Assembly: GCA_021613535.1 (NCBI GenBank)
Contig: CP075495.1
Location: forward strand, 9,424,001 to 9,488,000
Source: Adineta vaga
Taxonomy: Eukaryota > Animalia > Rotifera
Length of the DNA: 64,000 nt
Reading direction: 5' to 3'
Shown: in pieces, positions 34,001-56,938 of the stretch
Layout: each line of letters opens with the position of its first letter
How positions within the stretch are numbered: the first letter of the stretch is position 1
Notes under the pieces: model-generated
The model's input: only the letters and a program-made list of their open reading frames with translations
Database searches by the model: none
Told to the model about the DNA's origin: nothing
Made by a program: the position numbers and the translations under genes

Positions 34001-35272
34001 CTTTTAGTTTCTACTTACCGACCAAATTGTTGCCGACAAAGATTGTTCCAAGTTCGCATTAAGTCCCGTTGAATGCTATCAATATAATGATCAAAATCTA
34101 TGTAAAGAAAGGAAAACTAAAGAAATTATTCCTCGGTTCGGTATGTTACTTTGAGAAAAACGTTATTTTGATGTATTTCAATGAAAGAATTCTATAGAAT
34201 TGTCATTAATATATACTATATTCATAGACTAGTTCTTCTGATTTTTCTTTCGTATGATGACATCTGATTAATAGTCATTCATTATCTTTTTTTTTCATTT
34301 CAAACTATTCTATCGTCAGAAGTATTTCTATTCATATTTTATAAATCGTTCTCATAATAATTATTTATTACAGATGAGTTTCTAAATATTTCCACAACAA
34401 CTATTCAATTATTCAAGCCTCGATAAGAATAGAAATGATATGAAAGATAGATTCTCATTCTATATTATTAGTTATCGACAGAAAAAGATCGAGTACTAGA
34501 TTAATTTTCATTTAGATGATGTATTTGAGTAGATCATTGATTGTCAAATTGAATGGATGAGTGATAGATATGAATAATTAATCAACGTCAAAAACAAAAC
34601 ATTTATTAACAGTAAAGTTGACCTTGCTTCCGTATTTGATAGTTATTTCTAGCTTTTTTTTTTCATTTAAAAGTCATGTCCTAAAAGACTAAGTATATTT
34701 GCTTCAGAAATTTCATTGTTCGTCGTTAAGTTCTTGTGTATGTTACGATCAAAGACTATTTTACTCGGACATACCAAATAGAACGAACGACTTACAGACA
34801 TTTTCTTCCGATAACGTTACTTGTAGTATGAACGCAAACAAAGTAAATCTCTTGAGAATATTCCGTTGTCAATTGTCCTTGGTGAATTTAATCAAATTTT
34901 TTCCATTCTCATCTCACAAGTATAGTCAAAATTGAATGTCGAAAAGAAATCCTTACTGATTTATTGAATATGTCTAACAATAAAATACGAATTATTCCGA
35001 AGATATTCTTATCAAGTACATGTTATTGACTTAAATAAAAATTTCCGTTCGATCTTTTTTTATCGTAACATATTGATCGTTAGATAGGAGAAGGAAGAAT
35101 AATTTCATAACGATAAATATTTATCTCATCGATCTCTAGCGTAATTTATTTGGACTGAATTTTCTTTTTTCTATATTAATATTGACTATTTCTTATTGAA
35201 GAGAAAAAAAAACAGAAATCTTTGATTACCATCAGCATCAAAAAATTCATCATCTTCTTTATGGTGTGCCAT
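31040..35272 (-). CDS. OSBPL2: Oxysterol-binding-protein-related protein, short ORP1/ORP2 type with N-terminal FFAT motif
   Basis: First exon MAHHKEDDEFFDAD (FFAT), SIWSILKQCIGKELSKITMP..NEPVSFLQR, KPFNPLLGETYE, fingerprint EQVSHHPPVSAF, PPTDSRNRPD, EKDRLEEKQR and C-terminus CPDIY*. Confidence 0.92.
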
Positions 35273-36659
35273 TGTAATCAGTGAATCTAAATATATGAAA
35301 ACAATAATTTTAATTTGAAACATCATTATCAACTTACTGTATTCATATAAATCAAATCTTATTACATTAATGAATATAACTAGTCTTTAAATAAGAAAAG
35401 GAATACAGATCAATTCTTCAATACCTTTCGGATTTATAGTTAGAGAAAAGAGGAAGAAAATTATTTTTTTTCAATACATTACTATTGTCAACGTGGCTTT
35501 GGTGTGTATATAAAAAAATAAGACAGAGAAAGGTTCTCTTACATCGCTTTTTTTTCTTTTTTTTCTTGTCGTTTTTCATTGTATGCTGACATTACTCCAC
35601 ACAACTTTCTTTTTTTTTCGTCACCGACTGGCACACACACATTGTATTTTGGTAATGCCAATGTACGTCTGTGGACAATAGACAAAGGTGATATGTAAAT
35701 ATAAGAAAAGAAAAACAGTGTAACTCGTTGTGTAATGAAAGCAAGAAAAAAAAGAGGAAAGATGAAGATTGTCGATTTATGTATGTTTCTGTTATTGATA
35801 GGTTTCTTTTCGTTCATTTCTATTCACACAAAATGGATCAACGATCGGTTTGATTAAGTACATAATGACGGTAGAAACGAGGTAAAGTTCATTATACACG
35901 ATAATAGATGTTTATAACACACCCCCATATGTAAGCTGAATAGTTTTTTTTCCAATTAATTCAAAAAGATACCAACAACGTTAGATACTTGGATTTGATT
36001 TAGGAGAATAAATTCTACTGTTGAAAAGATTAAACATCAAATATTTCAAATAGCCAACGCCTTTAAATAAACATTGTTTTCATGTATAAAAAAAGTCGTG
36101 AAGTGATTTTCGTTTTACTTACATTACATCGAACATTCTTGAAAAGTCTGAAACGAAATATATGAATTAAATTATACAAGATTGAAAGAAGTATGCCGAA
36201 TTGAAATATTTTTGCTTTTTCAAGATTCTCTCCACTCCAGAATTACCTATCTTTATACATGAGAAAAGAAAATGATGTTTGTATCAAAATTACTCAAGAA
36301 ATATAGATAATCGAAAACCATTGAACAAAGTTCACTATTGCAGTATTCCTTTATACGAACTACCTAACTATTTATTGTGAGGTTTGAAGTTATCATGAAT
36401 CTTTATACACAACATATGACAATTCTATCAAAGATGTCGCTCAAATCTGCTGTGTCTATTCTTGTATATTTCTTATTGGTTCTCGAACTGAATTGCCGAC
36501 TACTAAAGAACATTCGGTGACGAGTAGTATGACTCATCATAATGTAAAAATCGTAAAAAATAAATTGCTGTATAGAAAGAACAAGAATTTCTTTTATTTG
36601 CATTTTCAAGATATTTTTTCCCGACACAAATGGGCTGAGAACAAATTAAAAACGAAATT

Positions 36660-42689
<6,030 letters not shown>

Positions 42690-43903
42690 TTTAATAAAGA
42701 ACAAAAACTTTTTTCCTTCGTCTTTTTTTTCTCGTCGATATTCGTTTAATATCCTTACTTTTCTTTTTCAAAAACAAAATCTATATATATATATATTTCT
42801 CTCCGGTGCTTTTATGTTGTATAATCAAAATTCACATATATACAATCCAGACAAAAAAAAACGAAAGAACTATTCGTTGTGCTCATGTAACTGCTTAAAT
42901 ATAACTGAACCTTATTTGTTTGTTTTTCTTTCTTTTCCATTTCATTGTTTTCTGTTTTTTGTACAGCGAATATAAAAGACCATGTGTGTTTCTTAATCTT
43001 GTGCAACTCTTTTCTTTCCTCGTGTATTTATATGAAGGTGTACACACAGTTTTCAAGCAAACGATATGAGATATATAAATATGGATATTTTTCTCATTTC
43101 GAATAATTGAATGAAACATCCTACTAAAGAATTTTTGTATCAATGTGAAATAATAATGAAAACCCTAATTTGATGACGATGAGTTTTTTTTTGTTTGTAA
43201 TGTTCAAATCATAAAAGAAAATAATCGAGATTTATTGTTTATTTATATTCATTTGTTGTTTATTGAATGACATACTGTGCAAATCGACAGAATATGATTG
43301 CTATCTATTGCTTCGCATTATACATCTATGTTTTTCTCAAACGTTTTTTGTGAGAAACATTCATAGCGTCATGTTATGGTTAGTCGCCGTCTAAGAAAAT
43401 GTTAAACACCGTTTGAATGTGAATATAGAGCAAGGTCATGTTTTCAGAAAAATGAGAATATATATATATATGAGCAATTTATATGAGTACAAGAGTTGGT
43501 TAAGTGAAGATGGAAAGGAAGGATTTTCGTCATCTATATGTCAGTTGATGAGTATGGACTAATAAGACAACTATTTACTGTCAAGTAGCGTCCTCTTTGT
43601 TACTCAACAAGAGTATTCATTGCTCAGCATTCGGTTGATTACCTAAGTCGAGAAGGAAAGAGAAAAGAAAAAAACGAGAAAAAAAATAAATGTTTATTAT
43701 ACATTAAAATGGCGGTGAGAATGATCGATTCATTCACCTGAAACGATAAAAATAATATATCGATGAATAACACAGTCATTTAAATGACGTTATGTTTATT
43801 TCCTTCGCTTTTTTTACTAGATGTAAATTCAGCTTTCGATTTCTAGTGCCTATTTTTAACAACAACAACAACAACAACAGCAGCAGCAGCAACAATTTCG
43901 AAA

Positions 43904-47947
<4,044 letters not shown>

Positions 47948-48438
47948 TCTCATAATACAAACATTTCTTTCTTCTTTCTTTGTGAATACAGTGATTCTCT
48001 TATCATATCCTATGTTTCCCGCTCGTTCGAGTTCAATTCAGGTCATTTGTTTGTTTTTTTTTAGTTTTTTTTTCTGTACAAAATCGAAAATTCTCGGTTT
48101 GTTTCTCTTCTCGCTTGCAATCAGATTATAATTGTTCATTTTTTTTCTCTCCGTCATATGAACTTATTCCTCCTGGTTTTTATCGTATATGTAACAAACA
48201 GTTTTCTTTTGCTTTCTTTTTTCTTGCTTTACAAACATATGTATACACTATTTTTCTAACTGGTCTCATCTGATATTTGACCAAAAAAAAAACTCAAACC
48301 ACATTACGAGATAAATATTGAAACATTTTCGGTTGCTTATACATATACATAAACATAAATATATAATTATAATAATTCATGATTTAATTTTAGATTATTT
48401 TTTCTTCTTCTTCGATTCTATATTTTGTGATTTATAAT

Positions 48439-49530
48439 ATGAGTAATAATAATACAAATCATGAAACAGTTTCTATGGAACAATCGATAGCAGCTGGTGC
48501 TGTACCGATTCATGAAACTGTAGAAGTGCCTGCGACAGCACAAACGACACGATTAGGTAAGTTATGCATAGCTGATTTACTACAATGTTATAATAGATAT
48601 CATCAGTCTTTTCTTTGTCATAAATATTCGTAATAATGTATTGTAATTTTCAACAGTTAACATCTGTTATTTATCATAAGATTTCTATATATAGATTTGA
48701 CAGAACAATCAAAACGCACTCTATATCATATTTCTATTTATTTTATACTAGACGGTCCACCGCCTGCATACGAAGTTGCTCCGTCATCAAATCATAATCC
48801 CAGTTGTATTGCAAATGAAGTTGAAGGAGCAGGTATGGATGCTATTGAAGCTCCACCACCCTATTGCCTTGTTGATCCAAGCAAAGTTCGTAATATGGAT
48901 CATATACCACATTATCCACATATATCACCTGTGGAAATCATTGATCTCAATGCGAACAGTAACAGTGGCAATGAACAGGTATTTCGAAACAGGAAAATGT
49001 TTTGTTTTATTTCGAATCTATCTTGTATTGTTTTAGTCGACTCGTCATCATAATCAAGCAGTTATTGCAGCTTGGCTTTCATCAGGTTCGAATATGGATA
49101 TTGGTACTGATTGCACATTCCTTATGGCATTGTAAGTCTTCATTTCTATCGTTTTTCATGTGAATTACATATTTTATAACATAGTGTAATTGCATTCTTT
49201 TTCAATTGGCTTGGTTTTCTTGCTGTCGTTTGTCTTATTCCGACAATTGCTGCTCGTTTTGGTGCAATGTCTGGCTTTGGTTTGAGTGTTGCTAAATGGA
49301 TTACAGTTATGCGTTATCATGAATTTAATAATGTATCATATATGGCATCGAATAATATGTCTACACCATATAATCGAACGACTGTTCACGATCCAGCACA
49401 AAACTTTGTTTTTGCCATCGTTTTATTTGCTGGATTTTTTCTGTTCGTTCGCGGCTTAATATCATATATAGCCGTTAAAAATCGTGCAAATCAACATGGA
49501 CAATCTGCAGATGTTTTTAATTGGTACTAG
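48439..49530 (+). CDS. NDFIP: NEDD4 family-interacting protein
   Basis: PY motifs PPAY and PPPY; GTDCTFLMAFVIAFFFNWLGF...TIAARFGAMSGFGLSVAKW transmembrane signature. Confidence 0.9.
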
Positions 49531-50396
49531 ACTTAAATAGAGTCATTTCAATAGAACTGATTATTTTTCTTCTCTGAACGATCTGCTACTAATATTGTTC
49601 TGAACAAATAAAACATTCGTTTTCTTTTTTTTCCGAACAATATATCTAAATCAGCTAATCTATACATACATACATTCATATATTTTTCTTTTGTCTTTTG
49701 CGTTCGTTCGTTCGGTCGGTCGGTCGATCAAATCCTTTTTTCGAAATAAATATCACACGTTGTACTTAATAGAAATGTAATGAACGAATTATCGATAAAA
49801 GTAAAATCATTTGGAACACTGTAGATCTGTTTTATGCTCTGAAACTTATCATCAATTTCACAGTTATTCATGTTTTTTCCATATAAACATATCTATATTT
49901 TCAAAACTCTTACATATTGATAAAATCAAAAGTATTTAATAGGGTTTTTCTTTTATTGTTTTATCATGTATAAATAAATATAATCATCAAATATGATTAG
50001 ATCTTTGTATGATGATGAGTTTAGCAAAAAAACAGAAGGTTATGTACAGTAAACACACATACTAGAAAAAAAGAGGTGTGAGAAAAAAAGAACTATAACA
50101 ACGAGAACAACAGAAAACAACAACAATGTCTTTCTCATTCTTATATACAAGTGATAGAGAAAAGAAAATAAGGGAAAAAACGAAAATACTGCTCTTAACT
50201 ACCAACTAAAACAGCAACCAACAGATTTTGGTAAAAGAGAGAAAAATATGAGAAAATATGCGTGCAGAGATGCGGAAGGTTGATTGTTACATATAAACCA
50301 TTATGAACACACACCGGATCTGTGACCTGAACTGTTCGATCGTATTGTTCTAAGGGTATTCGAGAAGGAGTTGATTTGAGAATATATTTACAATGT

Positions 50397-51235
50397 TCAA
50401 TCATCTATGGATAATGATGCTTGTCGAAGATGTTCGCGTGCATGACGATGTGATTCTGAACATGAGCAACCAATCATCATTTCGCGATTCAATAGTGTAT
50501 CAGCTGTTGCTTGATCACCTGTGGCAACTAGAACAAGAAGGGAAAAAAATCATATTAATTATTTCATAAACGAGAACGCAATTTGATACATACTAGCTGT
50601 ATGAACTGCTGATTGTCCAAGCCAACCATTTTGATGTATATCAGAACCAGCTTTTAGTAAATAATCAATAATTTCAGCATGTGTTCCACGAACAGCTGGA
50701 GAGAAAAAAGAAGAAGTGTTACATAGAATCGAGTTGCATTTGAGAAATCTTACCAAGAATGAGTGGAATATCTCCATCATCATTTTTGCAATTAACACTA
50801 GCTCCATATTTAACAAGTGTTTGAACAACATCGAGATGACCATTTTGAGCAGCAGCATGTAAAGCTGTATAACCAAATTGACCTTTTTTTTGAATATCAG
50901 CTCCAGCATCAATTAATGCTCGAACGATATCACGTCGGCCAAGCATAGCAGCATTCATCAATGGTGTATAACCATAAGCATCAGCAGCATTGATGTCTGC
51001 ACCTAGAAATGGAGGAGTATAAAATCATATAGAAATTTCTATTAATTTATTTCTAATGAATAGACATACCTTCACGGAGCCAACATTTGATTCCTTCCAA
51101 AGAACCACATTCGGCTTCTTCTGGTAAAGAACGTTTTGTTTTTTGTGGACTATTGAAAAGATTTAAAACGAGATCAGTTGTTGTTTTAATCCACGAAACT
51201 GGATAATAAATATCGCTTGTATCAATTGAAGGCAT
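50397..51235 (-). CDS. Small ankyrin-repeat protein (4 exons, about 3-4 repeats)
   Basis: GADINAADAYGYTPLMNAAMLGRRDIVRALIDAGADIQKKGQFGYTALHAAAQNGHLDVVQTLVKYGASVNCKNDDGDIPLILAVRG. Confidence 0.88.
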
Positions 51236-53694
51236 GTTTATTGTAATAATAGATTAGATAATCTAAACTTAAATCGAATAACGATAAGAAATGAAATGAA
51301 GGGTTTTGCACTCGGTAATATCCCTAAAATTTGTCCTTGTATTTATTTACGTAGTAAATCTCTATTTTTCTCTCTCGATGTCTATAGTTTTTTTGTACGC
51401 TTTTACTCCCTATTTACATACATAGAAGATAATATTCGAGAAAGAATAGAAAAAGACTATCACGCGCTTTACACGCAGTAAACTGCCCTTTCTATTCTCA
51501 TTCCTTCTACGCATGTCACCATGCAGTGTTGAGAACGAGAAGAAATACGATTGGTGGTATAGGAACTCAAGGAAAGCATGTGATCCGTGTTCTCGACTGT
51601 TAATGGCATGCGTTGAGTTCGTGGACTTTGAGATGGAAAGAAGTGTACTAGATTCAGTTATATTATTATGGAAAAACGAGAAGAAAACTTTGTACCGTAT
51701 AGTCTTCATTAAGCTTAAATAAGAACTCTAACAGTTAGAGATCGAAGTACATTAGTGGAAGAAATCTATTCCGAATGATCGATTTGTCATTCATGCAAAT
51801 TTATGTTCAGTGTAACGAAAGACATGTAATGATTAGATATGTATAAATATTATTTAGAATAAATGTGTGACTTTCACCTACCTGAAGTAATCTGTAAGAA
51901 TATATGACAAATATCGAATATTTTTTGTTTGTTTGATTGACTGTGTCTGTACGCACAAAAATCACAAGTAGAATATGAGTTACAAAGTAAGTTTGTGATG
52001 GATATTTATTGACGAGACTCGGAGAGGCGAGAGAGAGAAATTTTTGAAAGAACAGAAGCAAGTCTTATGACTGTATCACGCACACAACGTATGACTCTCT
52101 GTTATTTCTGTTCTTTTTTACATTGTCGCTACGTTGAATAAGTATATAAACATCACGGGTTACGTGCATGATCAACATTCTGCCAACGAGATAGAGCATG
52201 TGGATGATTTGCTCAATATTCTGCGTATTTCTTTACGAATATATGAAAAGAAATACTACATAGATAAAAAAAAACTATTTCGAAAGCACTCGGTGCAAAA
52301 TAAAATACCAAGAAGGAGGTGTGTATAAAATCGATGTATACACCCACTTCTTGCGAAATATATCGAAACACAACGAATGGATGCTTTTTTTTTTTTTAAT
52401 AATAATATCTAGGACAAAGAAGATAGAAAAATACCATTTATTTATTTTTCTTCCTCCTCACAACGTGATCTTAAGGACATCGAACAGAATAAACAGAATG
52501 AAAAGATATTGATCTTTGGAATTATGACGTACTTTGTCATGTAAATTTGTTCAAACACATTACTTTAATAGTACTATTTAAAGATCGATGATGAAGAAAG
52601 AAAAATTGTTTATTTTTAAAACTAACGTTAATATATTCGTCTAAAAAAAGGTATGTACTAGATTATAAGTGATCCTCCCGTTAAAATAATAGAAATATAT
52701 GCGTTTGAAATTGTTATATTTGAATATTTTTATGTTACATAAATACATCAACGGTCAATATGCATTTTTATCGAATCACTATACAAATATTAGTTTTCAA
52801 TCGAACGGAAAGAAGAAAAATCGAAAACATATGTGACGTTACATCTCACTAGTATTTGTCAGGTACTTTTGAGGTCAAAATTTTTATTACGTCTTTCTTA
52901 TTATTATCGAAAAAACAGCACTATCGCATATGCTAAAAAGGAAGTCTGATCGACTTTGTAATGTATGAATATGAAAACTAAACGCTGGATGCGCTTGTAC
53001 GTAACGAACACATTTTCATTGACGCACATACGTATACGATAATTTTTTGTCTAGTAAGAAAGAGATAAGAAAAATCCGCTGCAATGTCTGATTGTGTAAT
53101 CATATTTTTTTGTGTATTATCAAACTATGTCAAGGTTGTGTGTACTAGTTTTAATGAGACGTGAGTGATTTCAACTGACGTCAATCGTTCTAGGTATTTG
53201 TTTTTGTTTGAAATGATTCTCAATGACGTTGTATATGAGTGAGGGGGAAATACATGCTTTGTTTTCGTGTCATCGAAACTTTCGATTAAGAGAAATTATT
53301 TGAATAAGGACAATTCGATCATGCGGATTAATAAGATAAATGAATAATATGGAATAAAAACAACTCAATGTAACTTTTTACTCAATGTTTAAGTAGTTTT
53401 TTTTTCGAAATAAGCAATATATATTCACTGACTTTCATTATATCGATTCTTTAGTTTCGATGCACAAATTTGAAATTTCTTAATGGCTTATTCTCGTTGC
53501 TAAGATTTTGTTTTATAACAACGACATTTAAGGTATAATTCTGTCTTAGTTTATCTATAAACTGATATAGGTGATGATTTGTATCGATAATATTACCATT
53601 TAGTCAATGATCTCAGTCTTCGTATCCGTTGGTTTTTTTTTGACTTCACGAAATCAAAAGCTCTTTGTGTACATCGTACTAAGTTCTCATATTC

Positions 53695-53871
53695 CAGTGG
53701 CGGATCTAGCTGTTCGGCGAACTGGCGACCGCCATCCCCTCGCGAGTGTTTTTTCCACTTTTCTCCTCATTAAACATGGATAAGAAAGGTTGTATTCTCT
53801 CAAATGGGTTTCGAAAATCGTCTTCTGACCATAACCGCCACCCCCTCACTGATTTTCTGGATCCGCCCCTG
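53695..53871. mobile_element. hAT-type MITE (177 bp) with 15-bp imperfect TIRs and a perfect 8-bp TSD
   Basis: Left CAGTGGCGGATCTAG; right CTGGATCCGCCCCTG (rc CAGGGGCGGATCCAG, 13/15 match); TCATATTC at both 53687-53694 and 53872-53879. Confidence 0.9.
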
Positions 53872-53936
53872 TCATATTCATTCGTGATTCTGTACTATAA
53901 ATCATTTACATTTTCAATTTCACAAAGTGTGTCTAC

Positions 53937-54629
53937 CAGGGTGGCCAGATGAAAAAGTAGAAAATCAGAAAAGCAATTTTTTGTTAGAGTTGCTATTCAA
54001 TGATCTATTGAAATATTTTTCATTCATTTACGGCTTATTTGTACAATTTCGTATCCACGAAAAAGGTGACATAACAATGAATTTTTCCCTTAGCTAATAT
54101 AAAATAAAAAGAGAGAACTCTGGAAGTTCAACGTTTTCACAAAACTCAAAGGTCCTCCGCGAAGAAAAGAAACCAAGCCAAACGACATGCATAATATCCT
54201 GATAGAGAGACTCTATCGTAGCAAAAAACTAAACAAAATATTAGGTCGGTATGCTTATTTATATTTTATTGTGGTTGTTCGAATTTGCTCTGCCATTTTG
54301 AGGGTGTGGGTGTGGAACTCAAAGAGCCAAGTGTGGTTGTGGGTGAGGGCGTGGGAACTCAAAGAACAAAGGGAGATTGCTTTGGACCTCTCTGCCACAC
54401 TGAACACACAAAAAGCGTACTCAGCGGGCCAGATACCGATTGATAACGGTCTTGAAAGCATTTACACTATATCACTTAAAATGCACATTTTAAATAGTCG
54501 ACGATACCATATATTAGGATACTTATGAAATACCATAGTTTAAAATTCGAATACTCGAATTCTAAACTGAAACTTTAGAAGTTGAAGAAGAAGTTTAATA
54601 CTCGAATCGAATTAACGATTTCTACACTA
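53937..54629. mobile_element. Cluster of degraded TIR-transposon (hAT-like) ends
   Basis: CAGGGTGGCCAGAT at 53937; TCTGCCACACTG at 54391-54402 (rc CAGTGTGGCAGA); ATACTCGAAT subterminal-like repeats ending near CTACACTA at 54629. No matching TSDs found. Confidence 0.45.
54299..54365 (+). repeat. Two short arrays of TGAGGG/TGTGGG-like hexamers, each followed by AACTCAAAGA
   Basis: TGAGGG TGTGGG TGTGG AACTCAAAGA ... TGTGGT TGTGGG TGAGGG CGTGGG AACTCAAAGA. Confidence 0.75.
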
Positions 54630-55718
54630 CTCATAAAAAGATGACTATAGGCGCTTTATCTTAAATTATTCCATTGCAACATAAAAAGAAAATCTTTTCC
54701 TTTAAAACCAAGTTTGTTTAGATCGAAATGTTGAATATCTATATCCGGTTGAATCTCGTGCATCAATTGGGATTGTCTTGTAAATCAATGGAATTCAATC
54801 AAACAATAGTCGATAATGTATAGTTTTATATTTTGTTCAGAATAAAAAGTAGAAAAAAAAATTTCATTCTTTCTTTCATTTGATCATCCAGAAACAATTT
54901 GATTTCGATGGATTATCTCTCGAGTTCCTCAATGCTTCATGTCGAAAACCTAAAATTTGAATAAAAATAAATAGATAGAGTGAAGCGATTTCTAAGTGTC
55001 AAAATAATGTTAATTATATAATGAGTTATTAATCGTACAACAGCGATCAGATTACCTTTATAGAGCTGAAAGTTGTGTAAAGATATGATATCACACAATG
55101 CATCATTCATCAACTGTATATAAAGAATGCATGAGAACTGATTGAAATATCCGACAAAATTTTTTCACGCATAAATTGAAAGTTTCAAGGAAATACATAA
55201 CTATTATATTTATTCATACACAAGACATAGACTGACTGTATTTTACAAGAGTATCAGAGTATTTTAATAGAATAGCTCTCATTAATGTTGAACAATCGCT
55301 CATTTGTTATTGGATCTGTTCTTTTGCTATAGATAGATTGTTAGTGGAACAGCACAAACTGGTTGATAAGTCACAATTGGATAGTAATCAATAATCATTG
55401 GTTGATTCAGCGATGACGATGATCATTATTATTCTGATTAATGTTAGTTAATTTTGTGAGATAATCTAATTGCTACGCTATTTTAATTTTAATTTTGTGA
55501 TCTTGTTTGGAATCTCCAAGAATAATTGAATAAAATGAATCACTTAATGATTGAAGACGTTGACTAAATGTTGATAAACGATTCGAGAACATATTGGTTT
55601 GATATGATTTCGATTCATTTTTCTTTATGATCACAGTCGATGGATTTAAATAAAGATCATAAGGAATAAAGGTAAATAGAAGATGAATTAAATCGATCAA
55701 CAAATTTTCTTTTAATAG

Positions 55719-56339
55719 ATGGATAGTTTCAATCCACTTTTTAGTAAAAAAGAAAATAATCAAGAATTTAATCTATATATAAACCCTTATCCATGACCAA
55801 CAGAAAATCGAAAACGAATTATTGATGAATTGAAGAAACATTATCGAAAAAATCCTGTACAAAAAGAAAAAATAAAAGAATTTCAATATAGTTATAGACC
55901 TGATAAAGCTATGAAATGGTATACAAGAGATTGTTTTCGTCATCATTTAGTTAATAAAGTATTAAGATTACGTGATATGGATCAAATAAATATCTTTCGA
56001 CCTTATATTAAAGATTTATGTACACAACTTCAATATTTACATGAACAAAATCGATCAGATCAATCATTAATTGTATATCGTGGATATCGAGATATGAATT
56101 TAAAATATTTTGATATAATGAAAATAAATATTGGCAGTTTAATATCATTTAATGGATTTTTATCAACAACAACAGATTATAAAGTTGCACTTATATTTGC
56201 AGCATTTTCATCCAATTTAAATAAAGTTGTTTTATTTGAAATTCGAACAAATTATAATTCAACAAATATTTTTTTTGCTGATATTTCACATCTTTCACAT
56301 TTACAACATGAACAAGAATTGTGTACTAACATTTGGTAG
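55719..56339 (+). pseudogene. NAD:arginine ADP-ribosyltransferase (ARTC/R-S-E clade) domain relic
   Basis: KAMKWYTRDCF...LVNKVLR, VYRG, GSLISFNGFLSTT, VLFEI and ADISHLSHLQHEQE. There is an in-frame TGA at ~55793 upstream of the ORF, and the ORF stops a few codons after ExE without the usual VLF strand. Confidence 0.75.
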
Positions 56340-56938
56340 AATCTGTAGAAATCGTGTTTATTATACAGAAATATATATTTTTTTTCATCAAAAATATTCT
56401 AATTTCAAAGTATTCTTTAAGCAATAACTAATTTTTCGCAATAAACGTAATTTAAATTGATCAAACATGCGATAGTTAAATCCTCATTGAATATAATCTA
56501 TCTATAAAATGTCGATCGATCACATGACTATTCTTTTTTGCTTTTCTCTCGATAATACCATTATTTCTCACCTGATCACATTAAAATTTTATAAAATAAT
56601 TCACTTGATTTAAATCATATCAGACATAAATGAAATTAAAAATTAAACTACTAAAATTATGAATTGTTGAACAGATGACGCTAGATTACATTATTTAAAC
56701 ATAATAGATAAGAAATTTTGATACTCTGAACTAATCATCTCAATGTTCGCGATGAATTTTCTCCAAATAAACTTTGAAAACACTCATTACTATTCTACAA
56801 ATTATTGAAAAACTTGAACCAATAAACATAACATTCGAATGAGTCATCTCATCTGTTCTCTCTGATGATAGATAAGAATTTTGTTCTTCTAACTAAAACT
56901 ATACGTAACGTTGAGAAAACTCTCTGACTACAATCGAG

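Noticed and set aside
51513-51722. 69-aa ORF in a mildly GC-rich patch
   Set aside because: No recognisable motif or supporting splice structure
54187-54528. 113-aa ORF with WVWNSK/WLWVRAWELK repeats
   Set aside because: The pattern is simply the translation of the G-rich hexamer repeats; no protein-family features
55473-55763. Minus-strand 96-aa ORF next to the ART relic
   Set aside because: It could not be extended into a phase-consistent gene; downstream frames contain stops
54615-56356. 12-bp inverted match ACGATTTCTACA / TGTAGAAATCGT bracketing the ART relic
   Set aside because: It is short, has no TSD and does not extend; plausible by chance in AT-rich DNA
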